DNA of 64,000 nt from an uncultured archaeon (GTDB lineage: Archaea > Asgardarchaeota > Thorarchaeia > Thorarchaeales > CAZPUN01), in the NCBI GenBank assembly GCA_964589775.1, contig CAZPUN010000021.1, forward strand, positions 53,768 to 117,767. The letters run 5' to 3'. Below the pieces are notes generated by a model that saw nothing but the letters and a program-made list of their open reading frames with translations, searched no databases and was not told the origin of the DNA. The translations under genes were made by a program, and so were the position numbers. Positions 47,484 through 56,528 of this stretch are shown here, piece after piece (position 1 is the first letter of the stretch; every line of letters starts with the position of its first letter).

Positions 47484-48395
47484 ATGTCTATTCGAGACCT
47501 GCTTTCCGGATATTTGGAGCCTAAGGAAAGTTTATTCGGTTATCCACAAATTAATGAAAATGTAACTCCTGAACACATTGGTGTATTAGGTATTCCTTAT
47601 GATATTACCTCGAGTTTTCGTTCTGGTGCAAGAGATGCTCCAAATAAAATACGCCATGCATCATCACTACATCTTATTTCGCCGATCACTGAGTATGGTG
47701 TTGATATTTCTGAAATTGATGTTGTAGATATTGGAAATGTGAATTTAGCCGGTATATTTCCCGAACAAGCATTATTAGATATATCTGATGTTTCATTTAA
47801 GATATTTGGATACTTTCGAAAGGCTATATTTCTTGGGGGCGATCACTTTATCACATATCCAATCTTACGTGGATTATCCCGGGTCAAAAATGACTTTGGA
47901 TTGATTGTCTTTGATGCGCATTTAGACCTTTATGACTTGTTTGAAGGACAAAGCTTATCCCATGCAACCACTTTACGCCGCATAATTGATGATGATCTTG
48001 TAAAACCAGAAAATATTTTAGTTATAGGGGTTCGAAATTATGCTCTTGAAGAAATTCAGTTCGCTGAAAATTACGGTGTTCGGATCTTTGAAACAAAGTA
48101 TCTCAATTTGTGGGATACACTAAATGAATCATTAAGTTTGATTCTCTCGTCCTTGAAGAATGTTTACATTAGCATTGACATGGATGTTTTGGACCCTGCA
48201 TTCGCCCCCGGAGTTGGTGCTCCCGTTCCAGGTGGAATCAGTACTCGTGAGCTTATCCATATTCTTTCGACCATATCTTCACGGTCAAATATACTTGGAT
48301 TTGATATAACCGAAATTGTTCCTGCATATGATCACAGTGACATTACATTGCTTGCTGCATCCAAAATCATGATGGAGATCATCGGGCGTCTTTAA
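47484..48395 (+). CDS. speB: Agmatinase (ureohydrolase/arginase family)
   Basis: GGDHFITYP, DAHLD and SIDMDVLDPAFAPG are the Mn-binding motifs. Confidence 0.8.
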   Translation: MSIRDLLSGYLEPKESLFGYPQINENVTPEHIGVLGIPYDITSSFRSGARDAPNKIRHASSLHLISPITEYGVDISEIDVVDIGNVNLAGIFPEQALLDISDVSFKIFGYFRKAIFLGGDHFITYPILRGLSRVKNDFGLIVFDAHLDLYDLFEGQSLSHATTLRRIIDDDLVKPENILVIGVRNYALEEIQFAENYGVRIFETKYLNLWDTLNESLSLILSSLKNVYISIDMDVLDPAFAPGVGAPVPGGISTRELIHILSTISSRSNILGFDITEIVPAYDHSDITLLAASKIMMEIIGRL

Positions 48396-48441
48396 TTGCA
48401 TCGAAATATTTAAGTAGTTTTTACTACAAAAAACATGTAAT

Positions 48442-49140
48442 ATGTCCGACTTGAGAGCAGTTTCATTACTTCGTAAGCTGGGATTTTCACCATACGAGTC
48501 AGAGGCATTGGTGGCATTATTCAAGTTAGGCCCAGCGACAGTATCCGACCTTCACAAAGTAACCAAGATTCCGCATGCTAATTTGTACTCTGTAATGGAA
48601 AAATTAGCGGAACGTGGTTTTGTAATAATTTCCCCTGGGCGCCCAAAGATTTTCAAGGCAGTACCTCCAGAGGAAGTGAAGACTGAACTTACCAAAACAG
48701 TAACTGAGCTAACGGACATATTGAAGAAGATCGAGCAAGAGTCTAAATCAACTGAGACGTGGGAGATATTATATACAATACGCGGTCAGGACAATGTGAT
48801 TTCAAAGATTGAGGCCATGATTTCCTCATGTACGGAAAATTTGATGGTTGTTGCGCCTTCTCTTTCAATATTTCCTCAACAAATATTTGACAGATTGAAA
48901 AGAGCATCAGAGCGTATTGCAGACTTTAGAATTATAACTAGTGATGACCGTGTTACAATTTCTGGTGTTCATCATCGTATAGGTGATGGAATAAGCGCCA
49001 TTGATGTAATTACGGATGATCATCAGTCTCTAATTTCATTGCCCGATTTTTCGGTATGTGGATGGATTGAAAATCCTATTATTACGATGCATTTTAAACA
49101 ATTTCTAGAGCAAATGTGGAGCAATTCAAAGGAGCGTTAA
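48442..49140 (+). CDS. TrmB-family transcriptional regulator
   Basis: LRKLGFSPYESEALVALFKLGPATVSDLHKVTKIPHANLYSVMEKLAERGFVI is HTH_TrmB. Confidence 0.75.
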   Translation: MSDLRAVSLLRKLGFSPYESEALVALFKLGPATVSDLHKVTKIPHANLYSVMEKLAERGFVIISPGRPKIFKAVPPEEVKTELTKTVTELTDILKKIEQESKSTETWEILYTIRGQDNVISKIEAMISSCTENLMVVAPSLSIFPQQIFDRLKRASERIADFRIITSDDRVTISGVHHRIGDGISAIDVITDDHQSLISLPDFSVCGWIENPIITMHFKQFLEQMWSNSKER

Positions 49141-49145
49141 GAAAA

Positions 49146-50516
49146 ATGGAAGAATTTGATGTAATAGTTGCTGGTGCAGGTACTGGCGGATCTGTTGCAG
49201 CATATGCGATTGCGAAAAAGGGATTTAGTGTAGCCCTATTGGATCAAAAGCCCAGATCCCTAATTGGTAAGAAGACCTGTGGTGATGCGATGGGTGATCA
49301 CCACTTTAAAGAACTGAATGAATTAATCGGATTACCCGAGCCTCGTGAAGATGTAATTCAATACACTGTTAAGGGTCTAGTGATTTATCCTCCGAATCGC
49401 AAGAATCCTATGGATGTAAGTGGTCCTGGAACTACTGGAGTTTCATTTAACCGTCATGCAATGGGGCAATGGCTAGTAGATCTTGCGGTATCCGAGGGTG
49501 TAAAATTATTTGATGCAGTTTCTGTACAATCTCCAATTATTGAAGGTGATTCAGTAGTTGGTATTACTTATCGCGATAAAAATAAAGAAATTAAGAAGTT
49601 AAAAGGAAAGATTGTAATTGATGCCACAGGTGTAGGTGGAGTTCTCCGTAGGCAAGTTCCAGAATCTTTCTTAATGGATAAGCGTTTTGCGTTGGATGAA
49701 ACGATTGCAGCATGGCGAGAGGTTTTGGAGACATCTTATACTTTTGACAGACCTGATATGCTTGAGATTTATTTTGATCTTGAGCATGCGCCAGGTGGTT
49801 ATGCGTGGATATTTCCGCAAGGTCCAAATAGAGTAAATGCTGGGCTCGGTGTAACTGCAGGTCTTCCAAATGTTCCAAATGTCAAAAAGAAGTATTATGA
49901 CTGGATGATGAATTCTTTTGAGCCACTCCAGAAGAAAACTAAAGTTCTTGATGCTGGCGGCGGTCAGGTACCTGTAAGGCGTCCGGTTGATGTTCTGGTA
50001 GGTAATGGATTCATGATTGTTGGAGATGCTGCCTCTCAAGTGAATCCAATTCATGGTGGTGGTATTGGCCCATCTATGTATGCTGCTGCCTTAGCGTCAA
50101 AAGCTGCAGTTTCGGCTCTCGAATCTAATGATGTTTCACGAGAAGCATTATGGTCATATCCTGCAGAATATATGCGTACATATGGTAAGAAACAGGCGGG
50201 ATTAGATATTTTCAAGTGGCTTATCATTCGTATTTCAAACAAAGATATCGATTTTGCTTTTGATAAAGGTCTAATAAAAGGTAGTGACTTGCTTGAAATC
50301 AGTCTGACTGGAAAATTGCAAATGAATCTGATTGAAAAAATGGGCCGATTGGTTTCAGGCCTTGGTAATATTTCACTATTAAGACGATTAAAGAAAACGA
50401 CGGAACTCATGGAACAAATTAAATCGCTTTATGATAACTATCCCTCGTCAATCGATAAAATTCCCGAATGGAAACAGAAAATGGTGCCGATCTATAAGGC
50501 TGCTCGTAATTTATAA
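49146..50516 (+). CDS. Geranylgeranyl reductase-family FAD-dependent oxidoreductase (e.g. digeranylgeranylglycerophospholipid reductase)
   Basis: FDVIVAGAGTGGSVAAYA, KTCGDAM and GDAAS are present. AGGAG lies 11 nt before the ATG at 49146. The track ORF starts at GTG 49116. Confidence 0.75.
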   Translation: MEEFDVIVAGAGTGGSVAAYAIAKKGFSVALLDQKPRSLIGKKTCGDAMGDHHFKELNELIGLPEPREDVIQYTVKGLVIYPPNRKNPMDVSGPGTTGVSFNRHAMGQWLVDLAVSEGVKLFDAVSVQSPIIEGDSVVGITYRDKNKEIKKLKGKIVIDATGVGGVLRRQVPESFLMDKRFALDETIAAWREVLETSYTFDRPDMLEIYFDLEHAPGGYAWIFPQGPNRVNAGLGVTAGLPNVPNVKKKYYDWMMNSFEPLQKKTKVLDAGGGQVPVRRPVDVLVGNGFMIVGDAASQVNPIHGGGIGPSMYAAALASKAAVSALESNDVSREALWSYPAEYMRTYGKKQAGLDIFKWLIIRISNKDIDFAFDKGLIKGSDLLEISLTGKLQMNLIEKMGRLVSGLGNISLLRRLKKTTELMEQIKSLYDNYPSSIDKIPEWKQKMVPIYKAARNL

Positions 50517-50610
50517 TTTTGTGCTTCATTTTTCTTATTTTTTTATTTATAAACAATAAATTCAAAAGATTATTTTTCTATATTTTAGATATGAACAAAA
50601 ATTCGTAAAT

Positions 50611-51108
50611 TTGGTAAAGATGATGGGAAATAAGTGTTTTTCGAAAACTGGATTTGGTATTGGTTCATTTGGCACAATGAGTATTTTGTTTCTTTGGGCA
50701 TATACTAGTGCGCATCAGATTCTAAGTGTTCCGATGTTCTATATCTTTACTGCAATATTATCCACGTTGAACGGGCTCATTGGTGGATTGCTAAATCTTT
50801 ATGCAACAGAAAACAATAATTATTTTCTTGGAATTTGCCATAATGCAAAAAAAGGGAATATCGCATTACTTCTTGTATTCCTATCTATTGTAATTCCGCC
50901 TATTTACTTTGACGTACTATTTCCCAATTTATTAAATAATGTCTTAATCATTTTCTGGATCCTTGGCTATATATTCATAATATTATTCAGTATAAAGATT
51001 GGTACATCGTTTAGAGAAGCCGAATCTTCAAATAGAGAAAATATTGTTGAACGGCTTTCTCTTTATTTTAAGCGTGTATACGCTCGAATATCTAGTCAAA
51101 ATAAATAA
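50611..51108 (+). CDS. Polytopic membrane protein (165 aa)
   Basis: It has four TM helices. Confidence 0.4.
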   Translation: MVKMMGNKCFSKTGFGIGSFGTMSILFLWAYTSAHQILSVPMFYIFTAILSTLNGLIGGLLNLYATENNNYFLGICHNAKKGNIALLLVFLSIVIPPIYFDVLFPNLLNNVLIIFWILGYIFIILFSIKIGTSFREAESSNRENIVERLSLYFKRVYARISSQNK

Positions 51109-51113
51109 AAAAA

Positions 51114-52811
51114 TTATTTTTTGATTCTTTTTTCCTTTATAATTTTTAATAATTCTTTAAGTCCATTTTCAATGGACGGCCCTGTAATAATCGAAGTTTC
51201 TGTAAATAATGCTGGTAGTCCATTTTCGGCCTCTCTAGCTTTTGATATCAATTTGATTTTCTCTAATGCTTCGTCCTTTGAAACCGGTGCCTCGCCCATA
51301 TCCTGATCATTCGCAGTGATAATGCGTAAATCAATTTTGTTTCCAACAATAAGAATTGGTGTTTCAGGCCCTAACATTTGATTTATTTCTTTAACCCAAT
51401 AGTCAATACTCTGATAGCTCCATCGATCTACAACTGAATATACGATTATCGCTGCTTCTGCATCTGCATAGAATTTTCCACGTGTAATCTTTATTTTCTT
51501 AGCTTCATTCAAAGGCCAAATTTCTGTATCAAAAGCAACGTCCTTCAATGGAATTTCTTTTGTAAGAATTCTCATTGTGCTTAATGATGTTATTTGTTCT
51601 TCTTGTTCGTTGAACCCTATATTTTCAAATAGTGAACTCATTCCTACGTCATCTTCACCTAATACAACAACTTTAACTTTGTATTTGGGTAGTTCTCTTA
51701 CAACTAATGTCTCTACTTCTTCTTTTTCTGTGGTTGGCGTCTCTGTAGGTGCTTCCACTTTGGTTTCTATGGCGGGTGCTTCCACTTTGGTTTCTATGGC
51801 GGGTGCTTCCACTTTGGTTTCATTTGATACAATTTCGGGTTTAGAGGCTGATTCAGGAGTTATCTGTTTTTCATCACTATCATATTTTGTAGTCATCTGA
51901 TCAATAATTCTCAATGTGTATGAAACTAGATCTTCTTCTGTTGTACTTTGTTTAATTGTTTCCTCCATAATTTGCTCTAGGACTTCTTCATCAGTTTTTT
52001 CAATTTGGGGTATTATAATTTTTCTTTCATGTGTAGACTCTTCCACTTTAGTTTCTGTGGTAGGTGCTTCTACTTTAGTTTCTACGGGAGGGCCTTCCAC
52101 TTTAGTTTCTGTGGTGGGTGCTTCCACTTTGGTTTCTGTGGTGGGTGCTTCCACTTTGGTTTCTGTGGTGGGTGCTTCCACTTTGGTTTCTATGGCGGGT
52201 GCTTCCACTTTGGTTTCTATGGCGGGTGCTTCCACTTTGGTTTCTATGGCGGGTGCTTCCACTTTAGTTTCTGTGGCGGGTGCTTCCACTTTAGTTTCTA
52301 CGGGAGGGACTTCCACTTTGGTTTCTGTGGTGGGTGTTTTCACTTTAGTTTCTATGGCGGGTGCTTCTACTTTGGTTTCGCTTTTTCTTGTAGGGATCAC
52401 TTCTTCAATTATGTCACTAATTATTTTTGACTTATCAATAATCGGCTTTTTATCTGATTCTGGTATTGGCTTAGAAGTAGGTTCTATCGCTTCTGTTTGA
52501 GTTTCCTTAATTTCAGGTTTGATTGGTTCGACGGACCCCCAGATATCATCTGACTCAGGCTCTGGTTTAATTTCCTCTACTTCTACGAAGATTTTCTTAG
52601 CCTTTGGTATTCCAATCTTTAGCATGACTTCTTCAACTAATGCCGGCGGCAGTATCTTTCCTTTATAATAAAAGAAACGTTCTAGTTCTTTTCGGACTTG
52701 ATCAAATGACTTTCCTTTTACTGGAATTGTTTTTATTAATCTGCCTTTATCCTTAATGCGTATTGTTTTTTGCTCCAATGTTATTCCAAATGTTGTTCCT
52801 GGGACAATCAA
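51114..52811 (-). CDS. Multidomain protein with an N-terminal domain, a long (E-T-K-V-E-A-P-A/T-I/T)n tandem-repeat linker and a C-terminal Ras-like GTPase domain with a degenerate P-loop
   Basis: The C-terminal domain has KVKVVVLGEDDVGMSSL (G1 with Met in place of Lys), VGNKIDL (G4) and FTETSII (G5). The middle carries at least 16 copies of a 9-aa repeat. Confidence 0.6.
   Translation of the reverse strand: MIVPGTTFGITLEQKTIRIKDKGRLIKTIPVKGKSFDQVRKELERFFYYKGKILPPALVEEVMLKIGIPKAKKIFVEVEEIKPEPESDDIWGSVEPIKPEIKETQTEAIEPTSKPIPESDKKPIIDKSKIISDIIEEVIPTRKSETKVEAPAIETKVKTPTTETKVEVPPVETKVEAPATETKVEAPAIETKVEAPAIETKVEAPAIETKVEAPTTETKVEAPTTETKVEAPTTETKVEGPPVETKVEAPTTETKVEESTHERKIIIPQIEKTDEEVLEQIMEETIKQSTTEEDLVSYTLRIIDQMTTKYDSDEKQITPESASKPEIVSNETKVEAPAIETKVEAPAIETKVEAPTETPTTEKEEVETLVVRELPKYKVKVVVLGEDDVGMSSLFENIGFNEQEEQITSLSTMRILTKEIPLKDVAFDTEIWPLNEAKKIKITRGKFYADAEAAIIVYSVVDRWSYQSIDYWVKEINQMLGPETPILIVGNKIDLRIITANDQDMGEAPVSKDEALEKIKLISKAREAENGLPALFTETSIITGPSIENGLKELLKIIKEKRIKK
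51745..51830. repeat. 27-nt in-frame tandem repeat, block 1 (about 3 units)
   Basis: GGTGCTTCCACTTTGGTTTCTATGGCG is repeated head-to-tail. It encodes AIETKVEAP on the minus strand. Confidence 0.85.
52035..52385. repeat. 27-nt in-frame tandem repeat, block 2 (about 13 units)
   Basis: It is the same unit with wobble variants (TCTATGGCG / TCTGTGGTG / TCTACGGGA). Confidence 0.85.
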
Positions 52812-52915
52812 AGTTTTTGTCTCCTCTAAACACGAATAATGATATTCATACTCAAAGTAAAATATATATGCTTTTAGTCTTTTAAATCAATCTAATAAAT
52901 CTTGGCAGTGATACC

Positions 52916-54175
52916 ATGGATAAGTACGAAAAATTAAAGTCCGGCGAGCGTGTGATTGTAGTTTCATTCATAGTTACAGTTTGTGTATTTATAGTTGAGA
53001 TAATTGTGGGAATTCTCAGTAATAGTGTTTCACTTACTGCTGATGCTATTCATACAGCAACAGACTCGTTAGGTATCATTGCTGTATTTTTCGGTTTAAA
53101 AATTGCACAACGTAAGCCTGATGAACGATTCCCGTATGGATATTACAAAGCTGAAAATATCGGCGCATTAGTTGTTGCCTTTATAATCTTATTAACTGCT
53201 GTGGATATTTTGGTTGATTCAATGGATGCAATTTTACATCCGCGAACATTAAGTATTCCTTTAGTAGCTTTGACCGTAGCAGCTGTTGGTACTGTTATTT
53301 CCTACCTTCTTGCGTATTATAAAGGAAAAACCGGAAGAAAAATAAATTCACAATCTCTTATTGCTGAAGCTGAACATTCTCGGATTGATGTTTTTGCAAC
53401 AGCTCTTGTGTTTATTGGTATTCTAGTTTCATATCTTGGATTTCCAATTGTAGAAGCCATGGCTGGTTTTATTGTTTCTATTTTTGTTGCTATTTCAGGT
53501 TTAGAAATTGCAAAAGATGCACTTTTTGTTCTTATGGATGCATGTACAGATTCTGAGTTACCTATACAGCTAAAGGAATTTATAGAATCACATCCCAAAG
53601 TTGATGGAGTACACTCTATAAAGATTCGTCGTGCAGGGCCATTTCTTTTTGTTGATGCACATTTAGAGCTTGCACCTACATATTCTGTTAATTTTGCGCA
53701 TGAAATCTGTGATGAACTTGAAGAACGTATTAAAGAAAAATTCAACAATATTGAATCTGTAAACTTTCACGTCGAACCTGGTACTGGGGATTCTAAGGTC
53801 ATTGCAGTCCCTGTAGAATCAAGAGACGTAAGCTTAACAGATAGAATTTCATCGCATTTTTCAAGAGCACCATATTTTTTGATCATTCGAGTAAAGCATA
53901 AGGAGATAGTTGAAACAAAAATTGTTGAGAATCCTGCAAAAGATATATCCTCCAAAAAGGGATTAAAAATCGCTCATGTATTAGTAGATGCTGGGGTTAC
54001 TGTTGTAATTACAAGGAATATCGGTGAAATTACATATTATGCATTAAACAGTCTTGGAATACTTATTTTTAGGACTGATGATGATGTTGTAGAAAATGTC
54101 GTAAAATTATTTTTGCAAGGAAAATTAAAATATTATGAGCTCGCAATATCTGAAAAATTTGAAAAAAATAAGTAA
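52916..54175 (+). CDS. Cation diffusion facilitator (CDF) transporter fused to a C-terminal NifX/NafY-like domain
   Basis: The six-TM core has the HTATDSLG and HSRID motifs of CDF proteins. The C-terminal 110 aa (KVIAVPVESRDVSLTDRISSHFSRAPYFLII...VITRNIGEITYYALNSLGIL) resembles the 39434 protein. Confidence 0.7.
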   Translation: MDKYEKLKSGERVIVVSFIVTVCVFIVEIIVGILSNSVSLTADAIHTATDSLGIIAVFFGLKIAQRKPDERFPYGYYKAENIGALVVAFIILLTAVDILVDSMDAILHPRTLSIPLVALTVAAVGTVISYLLAYYKGKTGRKINSQSLIAEAEHSRIDVFATALVFIGILVSYLGFPIVEAMAGFIVSIFVAISGLEIAKDALFVLMDACTDSELPIQLKEFIESHPKVDGVHSIKIRRAGPFLFVDAHLELAPTYSVNFAHEICDELEERIKEKFNNIESVNFHVEPGTGDSKVIAVPVESRDVSLTDRISSHFSRAPYFLIIRVKHKEIVETKIVENPAKDISSKKGLKIAHVLVDAGVTVVITRNIGEITYYALNSLGILIFRTDDDVVENVVKLFLQGKLKYYELAISEKFEKNK

Positions 54176-54404
54176 TTGCCGATAGATCCCCTTCTACCAG
54201 TTTTTCTATCTTTCTATTTTTCCCGCAATATAATTCTTAACAGAAATTTATATAAGTAATAGCTTTCAATAGTAAATTAATATTTATTAACAAATTTATA
54301 CACTTGGGGGATTAGATATTCTATCTCAAAAAAAGGATTTCGAGAAAGACTCAATTGTACAACATTTAAAACAATTTGGATTATCAACATATGAAGCGGC
54401 TGTC

Positions 54405-56528
54405 ATGTCCATATTATTATATTCTGATAAGCCGCTTTCTGGGAATGAAGTTGCAAAGCAAATTGGAATTACGCGTTATTATGTTTTTGAAATTTTGAAA
54501 AAATTATCTGAACGTGACTATATTACAGTAACTCCAACTCGTCCAAAATTATATTCTTTTTCAACATCCATTTTACAAGATAAAATTTCAGAAACGGAAT
54601 TATACTATGATAATTTAATTAAATCTGTTCAACGGAACGGTCCATTCGTGGTTCTCTCTGAATTAAAAGACTTTAATACAAATGCTGAGCGTATATATGT
54701 TGCATTAAAGGGAAGAAATCATACTGTACAATCTATTTCCAAAGTTACTGGAATTCCCCATTATACTGTGCGACAAATATTGAAACAATTTGTACAATAT
54801 AATTTAGTTCGTACCCGAAGATCAAATAAATCAATTCTTTATTTTCTTTATCCGTCAGAAATAGCAAGTGAAAAATTAGTTGAGTATCTTACTGAACTAA
54901 AAGAGAAACGAATTAAAACTCTATATGCTGCATACAATAAAATTGTAAGTCACGTTAAGAATAAAGAGCGAATCCTTGATGAAGAAATCAAAATAATTGA
55001 AGTAACCGGGCTCGAAAATGTAATAAAGCGCGTGCGTTTCATCATTCAAAAGTCTTCCAAAATCTTAAGTATTAGAGGTAAAAGATTATTTGACGCAATT
55101 TTGAATAGCCGAAACAAAAAAGAGGTCTTTTATGAGTTCAACTTGTATCTTGATGAGGTCACTCGGTTTGTTAGAAGAAATGGAGAACTCAATATTATAT
55201 TCAGTAATTATTATTTGAATGCAGAAAAATTCGGGAAGATGTTTAATGTTTTGGCGAAGTATAAAGATGTTATTGATGCTAGATTATTTAATGGACCGAC
55301 ATATGATATTGATATTATTGATGGCAAAACGATTATTGAATACTTGGGTGGAACCCCATTCAAGGCGATCATAATAAATCATCCTCAATTTGTAAACGCA
55401 CAAGTTGGTATGTTTAATTTATTATGGGAAAAAAGTCAAAATTTCTATTATGCGTATGAAAGATCATCTTCAGACATATTTAATAATGATTATGAACTAT
55501 TAATTGAATCTCTCCCAGTATTACGTGGTGAAAATGGAATTAATGTTGTAAACTCCTTCAATAACGCCATAAAAATTTGGTTTTATCTTGTAAAAAATGC
55601 AAAACAGCGAATTTATCATGTGCGTTATTATCCCGAAAATAAGGAATTTAATATGACGTATTTTCAAGATGCATACTCCCTTATCTATAATAAGGGTCGT
55701 GAGAATATTGATATTAAAATAATTAGTAACTTTCCGAATTATTTGATTAAAAAGATCGATAATGACCTCCGCTTACAAAACTTAAAAGTTGAATCTGTAA
55801 AAACGCACATTCATTATAATTTAAATAAGCACATTGGTTTTGATATCATAGATGATTTCGTATTAATTATATTTCATCCTGATGATTATTCGAAATTTGA
55901 AGACTATAAATTAATTATTGTACGTGATGATATACTACTTAATTTCATGATCCATGACTTTTTGGCTATGTGGCGTAATTCTTATGACTCAAAGTTTCTT
56001 ATATTTCCATACGTAAACAATCTTAATATGAAAAAAGAATTAATGCAAGTTCTAGATAATGATTTATTATCAAAACTTAAATCTTCAATTCCGATTCAAT
56101 TGGGTAAGATCGGCTTAACTGGATTCATAAAATTATTTTTAATTGCTGAAAAATCTATTTCTGTGATTGCACCTTGTAAATCTGACTTTGCTTCTGCATT
56201 TGGTATATATTCATTTGATGAGCTCGCCACATATATTTCAAAAACTCCTGAAGAAATACGGATAATTGTAACTGATGATGAATTAATGCCTTATATAAAG
56301 TCTTTTACCGATAATGTAAAGACTAATCTGAAACTTCACAAATTTACTTCTAAAATAGGTCCATTAACAAGCTATATTATAATTGATAATAAATATGTTC
56401 TTCAAATTTGGAAATCTGAAATCGATTTACTATATGATTATATTATCTATAAGCTTCCTCAATTTGTGAATCGTGCTATTCAACATTTTGAGTATGCATG
56501 GACTAACAGTGAAGAAGTCATTATCTAA
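54405..56528 (+). CDS. Large TrmB-like regulator with two tandem N-terminal winged-helix domains and a roughly 550-aa repeat-containing C-terminal region
   Basis: The first HTH is LSGNEVAKQIGITRYYVFEILKKLSERDYITVTPTRPKLY and the second is ERIYVALKGRNHTVQSISKVTGIPHYTVRQILKQFVQYNLVRT. The frame is open upstream to 54291 and encodes the first TrmB helix, but there is no canonical start. Confidence 0.55.
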   Translation: MSILLYSDKPLSGNEVAKQIGITRYYVFEILKKLSERDYITVTPTRPKLYSFSTSILQDKISETELYYDNLIKSVQRNGPFVVLSELKDFNTNAERIYVALKGRNHTVQSISKVTGIPHYTVRQILKQFVQYNLVRTRRSNKSILYFLYPSEIASEKLVEYLTELKEKRIKTLYAAYNKIVSHVKNKERILDEEIKIIEVTGLENVIKRVRFIIQKSSKILSIRGKRLFDAILNSRNKKEVFYEFNLYLDEVTRFVRRNGELNIIFSNYYLNAEKFGKMFNVLAKYKDVIDARLFNGPTYDIDIIDGKTIIEYLGGTPFKAIIINHPQFVNAQVGMFNLLWEKSQNFYYAYERSSSDIFNNDYELLIESLPVLRGENGINVVNSFNNAIKIWFYLVKNAKQRIYHVRYYPENKEFNMTYFQDAYSLIYNKGRENIDIKIISNFPNYLIKKIDNDLRLQNLKVESVKTHIHYNLNKHIGFDIIDDFVLIIFHPDDYSKFEDYKLIIVRDDILLNFMIHDFLAMWRNSYDSKFLIFPYVNNLNMKKELMQVLDNDLLSKLKSSIPIQLGKIGLTGFIKLFLIAEKSISVIAPCKSDFASAFGIYSFDELATYISKTPEEIRIIVTDDELMPYIKSFTDNVKTNLKLHKFTSKIGPLTSYIIIDNKYVLQIWKSEIDLLYDYIIYKLPQFVNRAIQHFEYAWTNSEEVII

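Noticed and set aside
51745-52385. Regular 27-nt repeats considered as a CRISPR array
   Set aside because: The units are contiguous with no spacers, are in-frame within a long ORF (encoding AIETKVEAP), and show no repeat–spacer alternation. No cas genes are present. It is a coding tandem repeat. The opposite-strand ORFs at 51577-51900, 51916-52500 and 52005-52430 are repeat artefacts.
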